Notes: generated by a model from the letters alone, not told the origin. A stretch of 64,000 nt of DNA from Patescibacteria group bacterium (GCA_019428855.1 JAHYJV010000001.1:14885-78884); one strand, 5' to 3'; numbered from the stretch's first letter, positions 19,918 through 29,550 are shown. Made by a program: numbers and translations.

Positions 19918-20268
19918 ATGAGCATAGAAAATATGACAACAAAAGAGATTTGTTCGGAAAGTGAATTTCGTGATACTCTTCTTATGGAGTTGCTAAAAAC
20001 GAAAGAAACTGGAATTACTAGTAAGGATTTGTTCAATGTTATGCAGGTCGCTATTCCCGATGACATTAAAAAACCTAAACTTGCTCAACTAAATGATGTT
20101 TTAAGAGAGCTGGCAAGCAAAGGACTTATTACTATTAATAGTATTTTGGAAAAGGGAAAATATCAATATTTTGACATTTATCCAAATGATATTATTAAAG
20201 TCAGTCCTCAGGAAAATAATAGTTTATTGAGCTTGTTAAGAAAAAGGGATGATGATAATAATAAGTAA
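19918..20268 (+). CDS. Hypothetical protein, possible winged-helix fold
   Basis: Start placed at MSIENM to avoid a long overlap with the preceding gene. No diagnostic motif. Confidence 0.4.
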   Translation: MSIENMTTKEICSESEFRDTLLMELLKTKETGITSKDLFNVMQVAIPDDIKKPKLAQLNDVLRELASKGLITINSILEKGKYQYFDIYPNDIIKVSPQENNSLLSLLRKRDDDNNK

Positions 20269-20497
20269 CTATGTTATCCCGAGTGACGAAAGGAGGCGAG
20301 GGGTCACTCTCTCTTTAATCACGCTAAACATTATTAAATGTCAATCCCAATTAAGAGCGATTCCTCTATCTTTCTGCCATTCTTCTCGGAATGACAGTTG
20401 AATATTGCTCTTTTTTTGATGACAAAATTTCAAAGTTAAAATAAAAACATGCGAAAAATGAAAAAATAATAAATATTTTTCTACAAAAAAAAGCATA

Positions 20498-20537
20498 CAA
20501 AAAAAGATGAAAAAACTAACCTTTTCATCTTTTTTAC
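20498..20537. terminator. Bidirectional terminator hairpin (AGATGAAAA...TTTTCATCT) flanked by A- and T-runs, downstream of rplT
   Basis: Read directly. Confidence 0.45.
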
Positions 20538-20549
20538 TATTATATAAAA

Positions 20550-20906
20550 TTATTTTATTACTTCTTTTGCTTTTTCGATTATGCTTTTAAAAACCTTTGG
20601 ATTTTCAATTGCCATTTGTGAAAGCACTTTTCGGTCAAGATCAATCTTTGATATTTTGAGAGCATGAATGAATTTACTATAATTCAATCCGTATTCTCTG
20701 ACACCAGCATTAAGTCTGATTAGCCAAAGGCCTCGCATTGATCTTTTTTTAGCTTTTCTATCTCGATATGCATAAGTACCAGCTTTCATCAATGCTTCTT
20801 TTGCGGCTTTATATTTCTTACTTCTAGCATTTAGAAATCCTTTCGCTTTTTTCAAAACTTTTTTCCTTCTTTTGTTGGCCATTACGCCTCTTTTTATTCT
20901 TGTCAT
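20550..20906 (-). CDS. rplT: 50S ribosomal protein L20
   Basis: MTRIKRGVMANKRRKKVLKKAKGF... Confidence 0.95.
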   Translation of the reverse strand: MTRIKRGVMANKRRKKVLKKAKGFLNARSKKYKAAKEALMKAGTYAYRDRKAKKRSMRGLWLIRLNAGVREYGLNYSKFIHALKISKIDLDRKVLSQMAIENPKVFKSIIEKAKEVIK

Positions 20907-20934
20907 TTCAGTTGATTATTTAATCTAATTATAT

Positions 20935-21126
20935 CTATTTCCCAAGCTGTCTCTTGATAGATTTTTTCGTGGCATTGGTAATTTTTTTGTCTAATCTTTT
21001 TGCTCTCGTAACATTACCTGACTCACTAGAATTGAAGTGATCTTGATTTGCTGTTCGTGCTATAACTTTTCCAGTCTTAGAAATTTTAAATCTTTTAGCT
21101 ACAGCTCTTTTAGTTTTAATTTTCAT
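20935..21126 (-). CDS. rpmI: 50S ribosomal protein L35
   Basis: MKIKTKRAVAKRFKISKTGKV... Confidence 0.9.
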   Translation of the reverse strand: MKIKTKRAVAKRFKISKTGKVIARTANQDHFNSSESGNVTRAKRLDKKITNATKKSIKRQLGK

Positions 21127-21164
21127 TTTTCTAGAAATTATTAGTTAAGTATAAGTGCTGATTA

Positions 21165-21734
21165 TTATTTTTTCTTAAATTCAATAACTATATTCAACCC
21201 TTGTGGAGTTTTCTTGATTTCTTGCTCTTTGACAATATCTCTTTCTTCTGTTTCCTTGTCAGCTTTTGACATCTCGGTAATCATAGTGAGAAATTTTTCC
21301 ATTTTTTCAGTGGCTAGATTTTGATGAGCCTTCTCTCTGCCCTTAAGGACCATATCAATTTTTACTCTGTCGCCATTTTTGAGAAATTTGACCGCATTCT
21401 TTGCCTTAAAGCTTAAATCATGTTTTTCTGCCCTCATGCTAATTCGGAGCGCTTTGGTTTCTGTTTTTTTTATTTTTGCATTTTGGTGCCTTTTTTGCTT
21501 AGCAATCTTATAAAGATATTTGCCGTAATCCATTATCTTACAAACTGGAGGTTTGAGATGCGGAGAAACTTCTACTAAATCAAGTTCTCTTTCTGTAGCT
21601 AAAATTAAAGCATCTTTAAACTTCAGAAGTCCTAATTGCTTCCCCGTTTCATCAATCACCATAACTTCTGGTAATTTGATTTGTCCGTTTACTCTTAATT
21701 CTTTTGTTTTTGCTATATATTTATCTTTAATAAT
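21165..21734 (-). CDS. infC: Translation initiation factor IF-3, extended to a probable AUU start
   Basis: The track ORF starts at 21662 (MVIDETG). The in-frame upstream residues ..IIKDKYIAKTKELRVNGQIKLPEV match the conserved IF-3 N-terminus, and infC classically starts at AUU. Confidence 0.8.
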   Translation of the reverse strand: MIKDKYIAKTKELRVNGQIKLPEVMVIDETGKQLGLLKFKDALILATERELDLVEVSPHLKPPVCKIMDYGKYLYKIAKQKRHQNAKIKKTETKALRISMRAEKHDLSFKAKNAVKFLKNGDRVKIDMVLKGREKAHQNLATEKMEKFLTMITEMSKADKETEERDIVKEQEIKKTPQGLNIVIEFKKK

Positions 21735-21739
21735 TAGTC

Positions 21740-21998
21740 TTATTTGATTTAAGTATATATTAATAAGGAATATTTTGCAATATTTACTAGTAGTACATGC
21801 CTAAAACATATATATTTTTGTGAAGACGGTGGTAATTTCACTGTCCACCTTTCAGGCAGTGCTTTAAAACTCCTCGGTTTTAATATTTAAGCCATGGGAA
21901 ATTGTCGTTTTCCAAACCTTTTATTGTTTAATTCCCTTCGGCTATTTATTTCTTGAATATTTCTTTTTTAATGATATCTATTTCGCTTGAGAAATTAT
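21740..21998 (-). promoter_or_regulatory. Candidate structured 5' leader of infC-rpmI-rplT (possible L20-responsive element)
   Basis: Several hairpins are visible, including GGTGG-N12-CCACC and GGGAAA-N6-TTTCC. This is inference from position only. Confidence 0.25.
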
Positions 21999-22395
21999 TG
22001 GTGGAGATGGCGGGAATTGAACCCGCGTCTAGTAAATCCATTTAAAAATCATCTACCAATATATGCCGTTCTTTGGGGTTTAAAATTTATAAGCAATGAA
22101 CGACCAAGACCTCATAAATTCGATTCTGACTAAATTTTCAGATTTTTGCGGTAAGAAATCACAAAGTCCTATCTTGATGTATAACACCGAAGTTTTGCCT
22201 ATCAAGATTTGGCAAATCGATGGCTACCGGTCTATTAGACAGTAGCAGTCGCAAATGTAGGAACTCTAAATAGAGAAGCTACTTTGCTTACAAGTGATTC
22301 TGCACTTATATTTTTCTGATAATTTTTACGAGATTAACCAGAATGCTCGATTGGCAATTTTCAAATTAAGATTCCTATCGAATCTAAACATCCCC
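21999..22395 (-). ncRNA. ssrA: tmRNA (SsrA)
   Basis: 5' GGGGATG pairs with 3' CATCTCC-ACCA and includes the G3-U70 wobble. The T-arm GCGGG-TTCAATT-CCCGC precedes the CCA end. An internal tag frame starts at GCA near nt 93 and ends in tandem stops TAA TAG. smpB lies immediately upstream. Confidence 0.85.
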
Positions 22396-22443
22396 ATAAG
22401 TATGATGAAATTAATTTAAATATCAACATACTTATGATTATCT

Positions 22444-22890
22444 TTATTTTTCTCGTAAAGCTCTTTTCATACTCACTTCAGCCTCTCTTTTTTTGATATC
22501 TTCTCGCTTGTCAATTTTCTTTTTTCCCTTACCAACACCAAACTCAAGCTTTATAAGCCCGCGAGTAGAGTATACTCTAATTGGTACTAATGTCAACCCT
22601 TTTTGGCTAATTTTTCCAAGTAGAGATTTGATTTCTTTTTTATGGATGAGAACCTTCCTAGATTGATTGGGGTCGTATTCTGGTGGCATATTTTTTACTT
22701 GATAGGCTGGGATATTGGCATTTGTTAAAAATGCTTCATTTTCATGAATTGTGACGAATGCTCCTTTAAGACTAATGTGTCCAGTTTTAATTGATTTAAC
22801 TTCATATCCAGCTAATACTAACCCACCTTCTAGTTTTTCTAGAATTTCATAATCAAAATTGACTCGTTTATTAATAGCGTATGTTGGCAT
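22444..22890 (-). CDS. smpB: SsrA-binding protein
   Basis: MPTYAINKRVNFDYEILEKLEGGLVLAGYEVKS... Confidence 0.9.
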   Translation of the reverse strand: MPTYAINKRVNFDYEILEKLEGGLVLAGYEVKSIKTGHISLKGAFVTIHENEAFLTNANIPAYQVKNMPPEYDPNQSRKVLIHKKEIKSLLGKISQKGLTLVPIRVYSTRGLIKLEFGVGKGKKKIDKREDIKKREAEVSMKRALREK

Positions 22891-23100
22891 GTTTACAATT
22901 GCTTTATTTTAAGTAATTTATTGTCATTTCAGATCCCATTTGGTAAGAAATCTCTTAGTGGATTTTTTCAGAAAACATAATAAATATCAGAATAAAATCT
23001 AGAAAATCTTTCAATTATACCTCATTTCGAGATAATAAATAATATAATTTTAGTTTAACATAAATATCGAGAATGATGAATAGAAAATGATGAAATTTCT

Positions 23101-23262
23101 AATTACTTTGAATTACGAAATACCTCCTTTTGTCATTTCGAAATGAGCGATAGCGATTGAGAAATCCCTTCAACAATGTAAATAGCGATAATAATATTGA
23201 AGGGATTCCTCGCTTAAGGCTCAAAATGACACAAAAATTTGCATTTCGCAATTCAAAGTAAT
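23101..23262. mobile_element. MITE copy E (variant 3) with TIRs AATTACTTTGAATTACGAAAT / ATTTCGCAATTCAAAGTAATT
   Basis: It carries an internal 11-bp inverted repeat AATCCCTTCAA/TTGAAGGGATT and ends 60 bp upstream of a GT4 gene. Confidence 0.6.
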
Positions 23263-23322
23263 TATTGACACTCCAGACCATAGGCTTATAATTAAAGCAG
23301 TAAATAACTAATTTGTAAATAT

Positions 23323-24480
23323 ATGAAAATTGGAATTGATGCACAAACGATTTTAAGTCCAAAACTGGGAGATGCTGCAGGGCTTGGGCATTATACTTAT
23401 CATTTGATTGACAACTTGCTTAAAATTGATCAAAAAAATAAGTATGTTTTGTTTTTTAATTATAAAGCTCGAAAAGCTGATATTGAAAAATTGAGTAAGC
23501 AAAATGTGACAATTCGAAGATTTCCTTTTTCATATTATAAAAATTTTTTGCCACTAGCATATTCTGAAACTTTGGCGACAGCTTTTTTCTTGCGTGATAA
23601 ACTTGATGTACTTTTTGTTCCAGGAGGTCGAGTGCCAATGACCTATCAGAAAAAAATTGTGGTGACGGGATATAATTTAGCCGTGAAAAAATATCCAGAA
23701 CTTTTTTCAAAAAAAGAAGCTTTGAAATATAAAATAAAACCTTCAGCTTTCAAAAGAGCTGATGTTGTAATTGCCTCAAATCAAGCTGCAAAAAGTAATA
23801 TGGAAGCTGATTTTGGGGTTGAGAGCGAAAAGATACGAGTTATTCATAATGCTTTTGATGAAGATTTTTTTCAAATTGCCAGTGTAAATGAAATTCAGAA
23901 TGTTAAAAATAAATATAAAATAGAAGGCGAATATCTATTATATATGAATACTATTAAGCCGTCTAATAATCTGCCGAAACTAATTGAAGCATTTTCAATG
24001 TTACGATTGTTATTAAAGGGTAAAAAACCAAATTCAAATTATAAATTAGTCTTAGCTGGAAAAAATGGCTGGCTCTCTGACGAAATTCATCAGGTTGCAA
24101 AAGACTTTGGCTTGAAGAATGAAGTTATTTTTCCAGGATATATTGCACAGGAAGACCTGAATCCGCTTTATAGTGGAGCTGATGTTTTTGTTTCTGTTCC
24201 AATTTATGAAGAATTTGGAGCGACAGTTTTAGAAGCGATGGCCTGCGGAATACCGGTAGTATGTTCGAATGTACCTGCCCTTTCTGAAATTACAGGCGGG
24301 GCAGTTCAATTAGTTGACCCCTATGATGTGGATCGAATTAAATGTGTGATTTTGAAAGTTCTTGATGATGATGTTTTGCGAAGAGAGATGAAGGAGAGGG
24401 GATTAGAGCAAGCCAAGAAATTTCATTGGAGAAAAACTGCAGAAGAGACCTTGAAGGTTTTGGAAGAAGTGGCGAAGTAG
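23323..24480 (+). CDS. Glycosyltransferase family 4 (GT-B, retaining)
   Basis: C-terminal EEFGATVLEAMACGIPVV motif. Confidence 0.8.
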   Translation: MKIGIDAQTILSPKLGDAAGLGHYTYHLIDNLLKIDQKNKYVLFFNYKARKADIEKLSKQNVTIRRFPFSYYKNFLPLAYSETLATAFFLRDKLDVLFVPGGRVPMTYQKKIVVTGYNLAVKKYPELFSKKEALKYKIKPSAFKRADVVIASNQAAKSNMEADFGVESEKIRVIHNAFDEDFFQIASVNEIQNVKNKYKIEGEYLLYMNTIKPSNNLPKLIEAFSMLRLLLKGKKPNSNYKLVLAGKNGWLSDEIHQVAKDFGLKNEVIFPGYIAQEDLNPLYSGADVFVSVPIYEEFGATVLEAMACGIPVVCSNVPALSEITGGAVQLVDPYDVDRIKCVILKVLDDDVLRREMKERGLEQAKKFHWRKTAEETLKVLEEVAK

Positions 24481-24776
24481 TTTTTAGATTTGCATTTTTA
24501 TAATTCTGAAGGATTAAGCTACGAGAAAGGTTTGATGTTTTAGTTTCTGTTATTTCAAATTTGATTTAGAATTTTTGTTATTACAAGTTTTTATTTTTTA
24601 TTTAGAAATTTTTTTTTATTTACAGTCTAATTGCAATTATTTGCTTAATTGCATATTGTGTTTTTATTATGAGAAAAATAGCATGTCAATTATGGTTTAA
24701 ATTAATGTAATGGACAAAAGTCCTGAATCAAGTTTAGGATGGTAAATTGGTTGATAATTATATTATATTATCAAAA

Positions 24777-24813
24777 CAAAATCCGCAGACTGATGAGCGG
24801 ATTTTGTTTTTTT
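24777..24813 (+). terminator. Orphan Rho-independent terminator (AAATCCGC-N10-GCGGATTT + T-run)
   Basis: Read directly; it lies about 300 bp downstream of the GT4 gene in a 1.2-kb AT-rich gap. Confidence 0.45.
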
Positions 24814-24998
24814 CTCAACTCGTCTTTCGGGAAAGATGGGATGGGAAAAAAGAAAAAGGAAGGGACTAACTAATTGTCCTTGTAATTAATTTTAATTTCT
24901 TTTTGATTTCGTCAATTTCTAATCCTTTTTGCATTATACCAATGCAATGGTTTATCTGACTGATAAGAAAATCTAATTTATATAGTCCCCGTCTTCTT

Positions 24999-25202
24999 TT
25001 AAAAATTATTATTTGCATGCAACAGAATTATTTCCCCGATACTTTTCTTTTTAGAGGACTTTAAGGAATACGCCAATTCCGTTAGCATTTCTTCTGGATC
25101 TCCCTTTTTATAATTATTGCGTTTTTTACAACCTCTTAATGATGTAATTATCTTTAAGAGAAGAGTGTATCCCTGATTGAGTTTCTTATTTACTTCTTTC
25201 AT
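24999..25202 (-). CDS. Possible small basic protein (67 aa)
   Basis: ORF only, no motif. Confidence 0.2.
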   Translation of the reverse strand: MKEVNKKLNQGYTLLLKIITSLRGCKKRNNYKKGDPEEMLTELAYSLKSSKKKSIGEIILLHANNNF

Positions 25203-25713
25203 ATTATAGCCTCCATAACTGGAAAACTAATAATTAAAACAGTTTTTATAATCAATTTTCTGGGATAAAGGTTTTTTTATTTTCTTCCTAATATTTCAAA
25301 GAACTTGTTTAAGTAGTTTTTGTTGTTTTTTATAAAACTTAGTAGGTTAACATAATTGGAAATATGTATAGCTTTACTTTTTGCTGTTTTTGGCTTATTA
25401 TAAAAGAGTATATAAGAATGTTTTACTTCAGTTCATATAAATTAAGTCTGTCATTTAGAACTTGATTCAGTATTATTATATAGCAATGAAATAATTTTAT
25501 AAATCACTGAATGTTTGATAAAAGTGAAAAATCAATAATTAGAAGATATAGAAATAACGGTCGCAGTTAAACTGTAAGCAAACAAATATTGTAAGCTAAA
25601 AAAAAATAAGATGTAATATTCGAAGGATTTTGAATTAAGTTCAGAATGACAAAGATAATGTCAATAATCTAATAAGAAAGTATTATTATATATTAAAATC
25701 TAAAATTAAAATA

Positions 25714-28700
25714 ATGTTTAAAAAGGTAAATCCGAGGCAGAATTTTCCAGAGATGGAGAAGGATGTGATGAAATTTTGGGAAGATAATAAAATATTTGAA
25801 AAATCTGTAGAAAATCAGGGTAATAAAAAAACATATAGCTTTTTTGATGGACCTCCGTTTGCGACAGGGCTTCCTCACTATGGACATGTTGTCGCCAGTT
25901 TGATCAAGGATGTTGTACCACGATTTCGGACAATGAAAGGCAACAAAGTGAACCGTAAATGGGGTTGGGATTGTCATGGTTTGCCGATTGAAAATTTGAT
26001 TGAAAAAGAACACGATATCAAAAATAAGCAGGATATTGAAAAGTGGGGGGTTGATAATTTCAATAATACTTGTCATAATTCTGTTTTGCGTTATGCGGAA
26101 GATTGGAAGAAATTTATTCCACGCATGGGTAGATGGGTTGATATGGAAAATGATTATCGCACGATGGATTGGAAATATACGGAAAGTATTTGGTGGGTTT
26201 TTTCCGAGCTTTTCAAAAAAGGACTGGTTTATGAAGGACACAAAGCGATGCATATTTGCCCAAGGTGTGAGACGACGCTTTCTAATTTTGAAGTGACGCA
26301 GGGATATAAGTATATCACAGATTTATCGGCGACAGTGAAGTTTAAGTTGAAAAAAGAGAGCGGAAAATTGTTAAGGGAAAAGATCCTGAATCAAGTTCAG
26401 GATGACAGTGCAAATCAGGATGAAAAAAATCTCAGGGCGAATTTCTCAAATCATAATGATGAAGATGTTTTTTTGTTAGCTTGGACAACAACGCCGTGGA
26501 CTTTACCGGGAAATGTGGCTTTGGCGGTTAGGGAAGATATTGAGTATATAGAAATTGCTGAAAGCATTAAAGGTAGTATAAGTTCAGATAATAAAACATA
26601 TGAGCTTCCTAGTAATGAAAAATATATCATTGCAAAAAAAATCTTTTCAAAAGAAAGTCAAAAACTTGTGACAGATAATGATTTAAGTCAGGTTTATATT
26701 TACGAAGGAAAGAATTATAAAATAATTAAAGAATTTAAAGGTAAAGATTTAGTCGGTTTGGAATATGAACCTTTGTTTGACTATTATTTTCAAAAAGATG
26801 ATTTGGAAAATAAAGATAACGGTTGGAAAATTTATGCTGGTGATTTTGTTTCCACAGATGAAGGAACAGGAGTTGTTCATATTGCACCAGCATTTGGAGA
26901 TGACGATATGAAGATGGGGCAGAAACATAATTTGCCTTTTGTTCAGCATGTTAAAATGAGCGGGAGATTTACAGAGGAAGTGGTTGATTTCAAGGATAAA
27001 GATGGAGGAAATGCGGAAGTAAAACCTAAGGGAGTGGCTGGCGAAAAAGATGCAAACATGAAGACTGATATTGAAATTATCAAATATTTAGCACATCATA
27101 ATTTTCTGTTTTCAAAGAAAAAATATGAACATAGTTATCCTCATTGTTGGAGATGTGATACGCCGCTTTTGAATTATGCGACGAGTTCTTGGTTTGTGAA
27201 GGTGACGGAAATTAAAGATCAAATGGTGACAAATAACAAACAAGTAAACTGGACTCCGGAATATATTAAGGAGGGGAGATTTGGAAAGTGGCTGGAAGAT
27301 GCGCGCGATTGGGCAATTTCACGAAACCGATTTTGGGGAGCTCCGCTACCAATTTGGAAGTGCTCAGATTGTGAGAATGTTGAAGTTGTGAATTCGATTG
27401 ATGAACTTCGAGAAAAAACAGAGGAGAAAATCACCAAGTTTATTTTTGTCAGACATGGGGAAAGTGAAAGTAATTTAAATAATACGAAAGTAAGTCAAAT
27501 AAATGATTATCCATTGACGAACAAAGGCATTGAACAGTCGAAAAATATTGCAAAAATATTAAGTGACGAAAAGATTGATATCATCATTTCTTCTCCTATA
27601 CTCAGAACAAAACAGACCGCTGATATTATCAATGAGGTTTTAAATATTGAGAGAATTGAAGATGATAGAATCAAGGAATATGAATATGGGTCTTGGAACG
27701 GTCATAGCAGTGAGGAATTGTTTTGTGAAAAGAATGAAATATATCAAAATTATAAAAAGATGGAGGGTCCCGAAGAAAAATGGCATTTTAAATTTGGGGG
27801 AGACGGCGAGTCAAGGCTTGAAGTTGAAAAGAGAGTGCGGATTTTTATGGAAGAAATTAACAAAAAATATGCGGGTCAGAATATATTAGTTGTCAGCCAT
27901 GGCGGAGTCAATGCAATGCTTGTCAAGATTTTTGAGAATTTATCAATCAAGGAAACATACAAACATGAGTTTATCGGTCATGCAGAAAAAAGTGTTTTTT
28001 ATGCAAACAGTGAAGGAAAAAAATTTGACCTTCATAAACCAAATATTGATGGAGTAAAAATTAAATGTTCTGCTTGTGGTAGTGAGGCAAAAATCGTCGG
28101 TGATGTATTTGATTGTTGGTTTGAATCTGGTTCAATGCCTTATGCTCAGTGGCACTATCCATTTGAAAACAAGGATGAATTTGAAAAAAATTTTCCAGCA
28201 GATTTTATTGCGGAAGGGTTGGATCAAACGCGAGGTTGGTTCTATACTTTGATGGTGCTTTCGACGGCACTTTTTGACAAAGCTCCATTTAATAATGTGA
28301 TTGTGAATGGTATGGTCCTAGCCGAAGATGGGCAGAAAATGAGCAAGAGATTACAGAACTATCCCGAGCCTAATTTGGTAATCGAAAAATATGGAGCTGA
28401 TGCTTTGCGATATTATCTTTTGTCTTCACCGGTGATGAAAGGGGAGAGTTTGCGATTTTCAGAAAAGGGAGTTGATGAAGTTCTGAAGAAGTTTATTTTG
28501 ACGCTTTGGAATACCTATTCATTTTTGGTGATGAATGTGGACGAAGAGATCTTTCTTCGCCAAGCTCAGAATGACAAAGTATATTTAAAATCTGAAAATC
28601 TACTTGATCAGTGGATTATTTCAGAATTCAATATTTTAATTGGAGAGGTGAATAAGGAAATGGAAAACTATGATTTGGTGCGTGCCACCAGACCATTGCG

Positions 28701-29550
28701 TGAGTTTATAGAGAAGCTTTCCAATTGGTATGTTCGTCGAAGTAGAAAAAGATTTGCGTCAGAAAATGTTAATGATCGGAATTTTGCCCAGCAAACTTTA
28801 TATTATGTTCTGAGCGAATATGCGAAATTGTTAGCGCCATTTATGCCATTTTTATCTGAAGAAATATATCGAAATTTAACTGACAAAGAGTCTGTTCATC
28901 TGTCGGATTATCCCATTTCTAATCAAGATTTAATCAATGAAAAAGTAAGCGGTGAAATGAATTTTATTAGACAGGTGATTTCGCTGGGCTTGGCGATTCG
29001 TGCCAAGAATGCAATTAAGGTCAGAATGCCTCTGGCTACTTTACAAATTCAAAGTGAAAAATCGAAATTGGAAAATAAAGAATTAATGAATTTGATAAAG
29101 GAAGAATTAAATGTGAAGGCCGTTGAGTTTGTTGAATCTTTGCAAAAAGGATCTACTCAAGAGAATGGAGCAGACGAAGGTGGCTGGGCGATTGCAGAGG
29201 AAGTAGGATTGAAAGTGGCACTTGATTTGAATTTGACGGAAGAATTAAAAAATGAAGGATTGGCCAGAGAGTTAGTTCGACATATTCAAGTGATGAGAAA
29301 AGAGGCAAAATTTAATCGAGAGGATTTGATTTTTATTGAATACAGCTTTATAAAAGAAAGCAAGGGAGTGGAGAAAGCTTTTGAAAGCTGGAAAGATTGT
29401 ATCAAAAAAGAGTGTTTGGCAAAAACTATGAAATTCAAAGAAGTAATTGAAAGTGAAAATTTTGATTCAGTGAAAGAATTGAAGGTGGGGGAGTCTGTGG
29501 TTAAAGTTGGGGTTAAAAAATATAATAAAAAAGAAAGGAAGATTTTATAA
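25714..29550 (+). CDS. ileS: Isoleucyl-tRNA synthetase with an embedded histidine-phosphatase domain
   Basis: HIGH (PHYGHVV), WAISRNRFWGAPLPIW and KMSKS (KMSKR) motifs. At 1278 aa it is about 200 aa longer than typical IleRS because of an insert between the WKCSDC and CSACGS zinc-knuckle halves. Confidence 0.9.
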   Translation: MFKKVNPRQNFPEMEKDVMKFWEDNKIFEKSVENQGNKKTYSFFDGPPFATGLPHYGHVVASLIKDVVPRFRTMKGNKVNRKWGWDCHGLPIENLIEKEHDIKNKQDIEKWGVDNFNNTCHNSVLRYAEDWKKFIPRMGRWVDMENDYRTMDWKYTESIWWVFSELFKKGLVYEGHKAMHICPRCETTLSNFEVTQGYKYITDLSATVKFKLKKESGKLLREKILNQVQDDSANQDEKNLRANFSNHNDEDVFLLAWTTTPWTLPGNVALAVREDIEYIEIAESIKGSISSDNKTYELPSNEKYIIAKKIFSKESQKLVTDNDLSQVYIYEGKNYKIIKEFKGKDLVGLEYEPLFDYYFQKDDLENKDNGWKIYAGDFVSTDEGTGVVHIAPAFGDDDMKMGQKHNLPFVQHVKMSGRFTEEVVDFKDKDGGNAEVKPKGVAGEKDANMKTDIEIIKYLAHHNFLFSKKKYEHSYPHCWRCDTPLLNYATSSWFVKVTEIKDQMVTNNKQVNWTPEYIKEGRFGKWLEDARDWAISRNRFWGAPLPIWKCSDCENVEVVNSIDELREKTEEKITKFIFVRHGESESNLNNTKVSQINDYPLTNKGIEQSKNIAKILSDEKIDIIISSPILRTKQTADIINEVLNIERIEDDRIKEYEYGSWNGHSSEELFCEKNEIYQNYKKMEGPEEKWHFKFGGDGESRLEVEKRVRIFMEEINKKYAGQNILVVSHGGVNAMLVKIFENLSIKETYKHEFIGHAEKSVFYANSEGKKFDLHKPNIDGVKIKCSACGSEAKIVGDVFDCWFESGSMPYAQWHYPFENKDEFEKNFPADFIAEGLDQTRGWFYTLMVLSTALFDKAPFNNVIVNGMVLAEDGQKMSKRLQNYPEPNLVIEKYGADALRYYLLSSPVMKGESLRFSEKGVDEVLKKFILTLWNTYSFLVMNVDEEIFLRQAQNDKVYLKSENLLDQWIISEFNILIGEVNKEMENYDLVRATRPLREFIEKLSNWYVRRSRKRFASENVNDRNFAQQTLYYVLSEYAKLLAPFMPFLSEEIYRNLTDKESVHLSDYPISNQDLINEKVSGEMNFIRQVISLGLAIRAKNAIKVRMPLATLQIQSEKSKLENKELMNLIKEELNVKAVEFVESLQKGSTQENGADEGGWAIAEEVGLKVALDLNLTEELKNEGLARELVRHIQVMRKEAKFNREDLIFIEYSFIKESKGVEKAFESWKDCIKKECLAKTMKFKEVIESENFDSVKELKVGESVVKVGVKKYNKKERKIL
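27433..28020 (+). other. In-frame histidine-phosphatase (phosphoglycerate-mutase superfamily) domain inserted inside ileS
   Basis: FIFVRHGESESN (RHG catalytic His) ... LVVSHGGVNAM (second His motif). It is flanked by the IleRS segments ..PIWKCSDCENVEVVNSIDELREK and DLHKPNIDGVKIKCSACGS..DVFDCWFESGSMP. Confidence 0.7.

Noticed and set aside
25693-27889. Internal and antisense ORFs within ileS (25693-26253 -, 26000-26296 +, 26749-26949 -, 27219-27437 -, 27647-27889 +)
   Set aside because: They are all nested in a clearly conserved synthetase frame; they are shadow ORFs.
27433-28020. Whether the ileS insert could be an intein or a separately encoded downstream gene
   Set aside because: It has no intein splice-junction hallmarks: no Cys/Ser at the N-junction plus His-Asn at the C-junction, and no endonuclease motifs. 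It is continuous in frame with IleRS sequence on both sides, and its motifs are those of histidine phosphatases. It is therefore retained as a finding, not as an intein.
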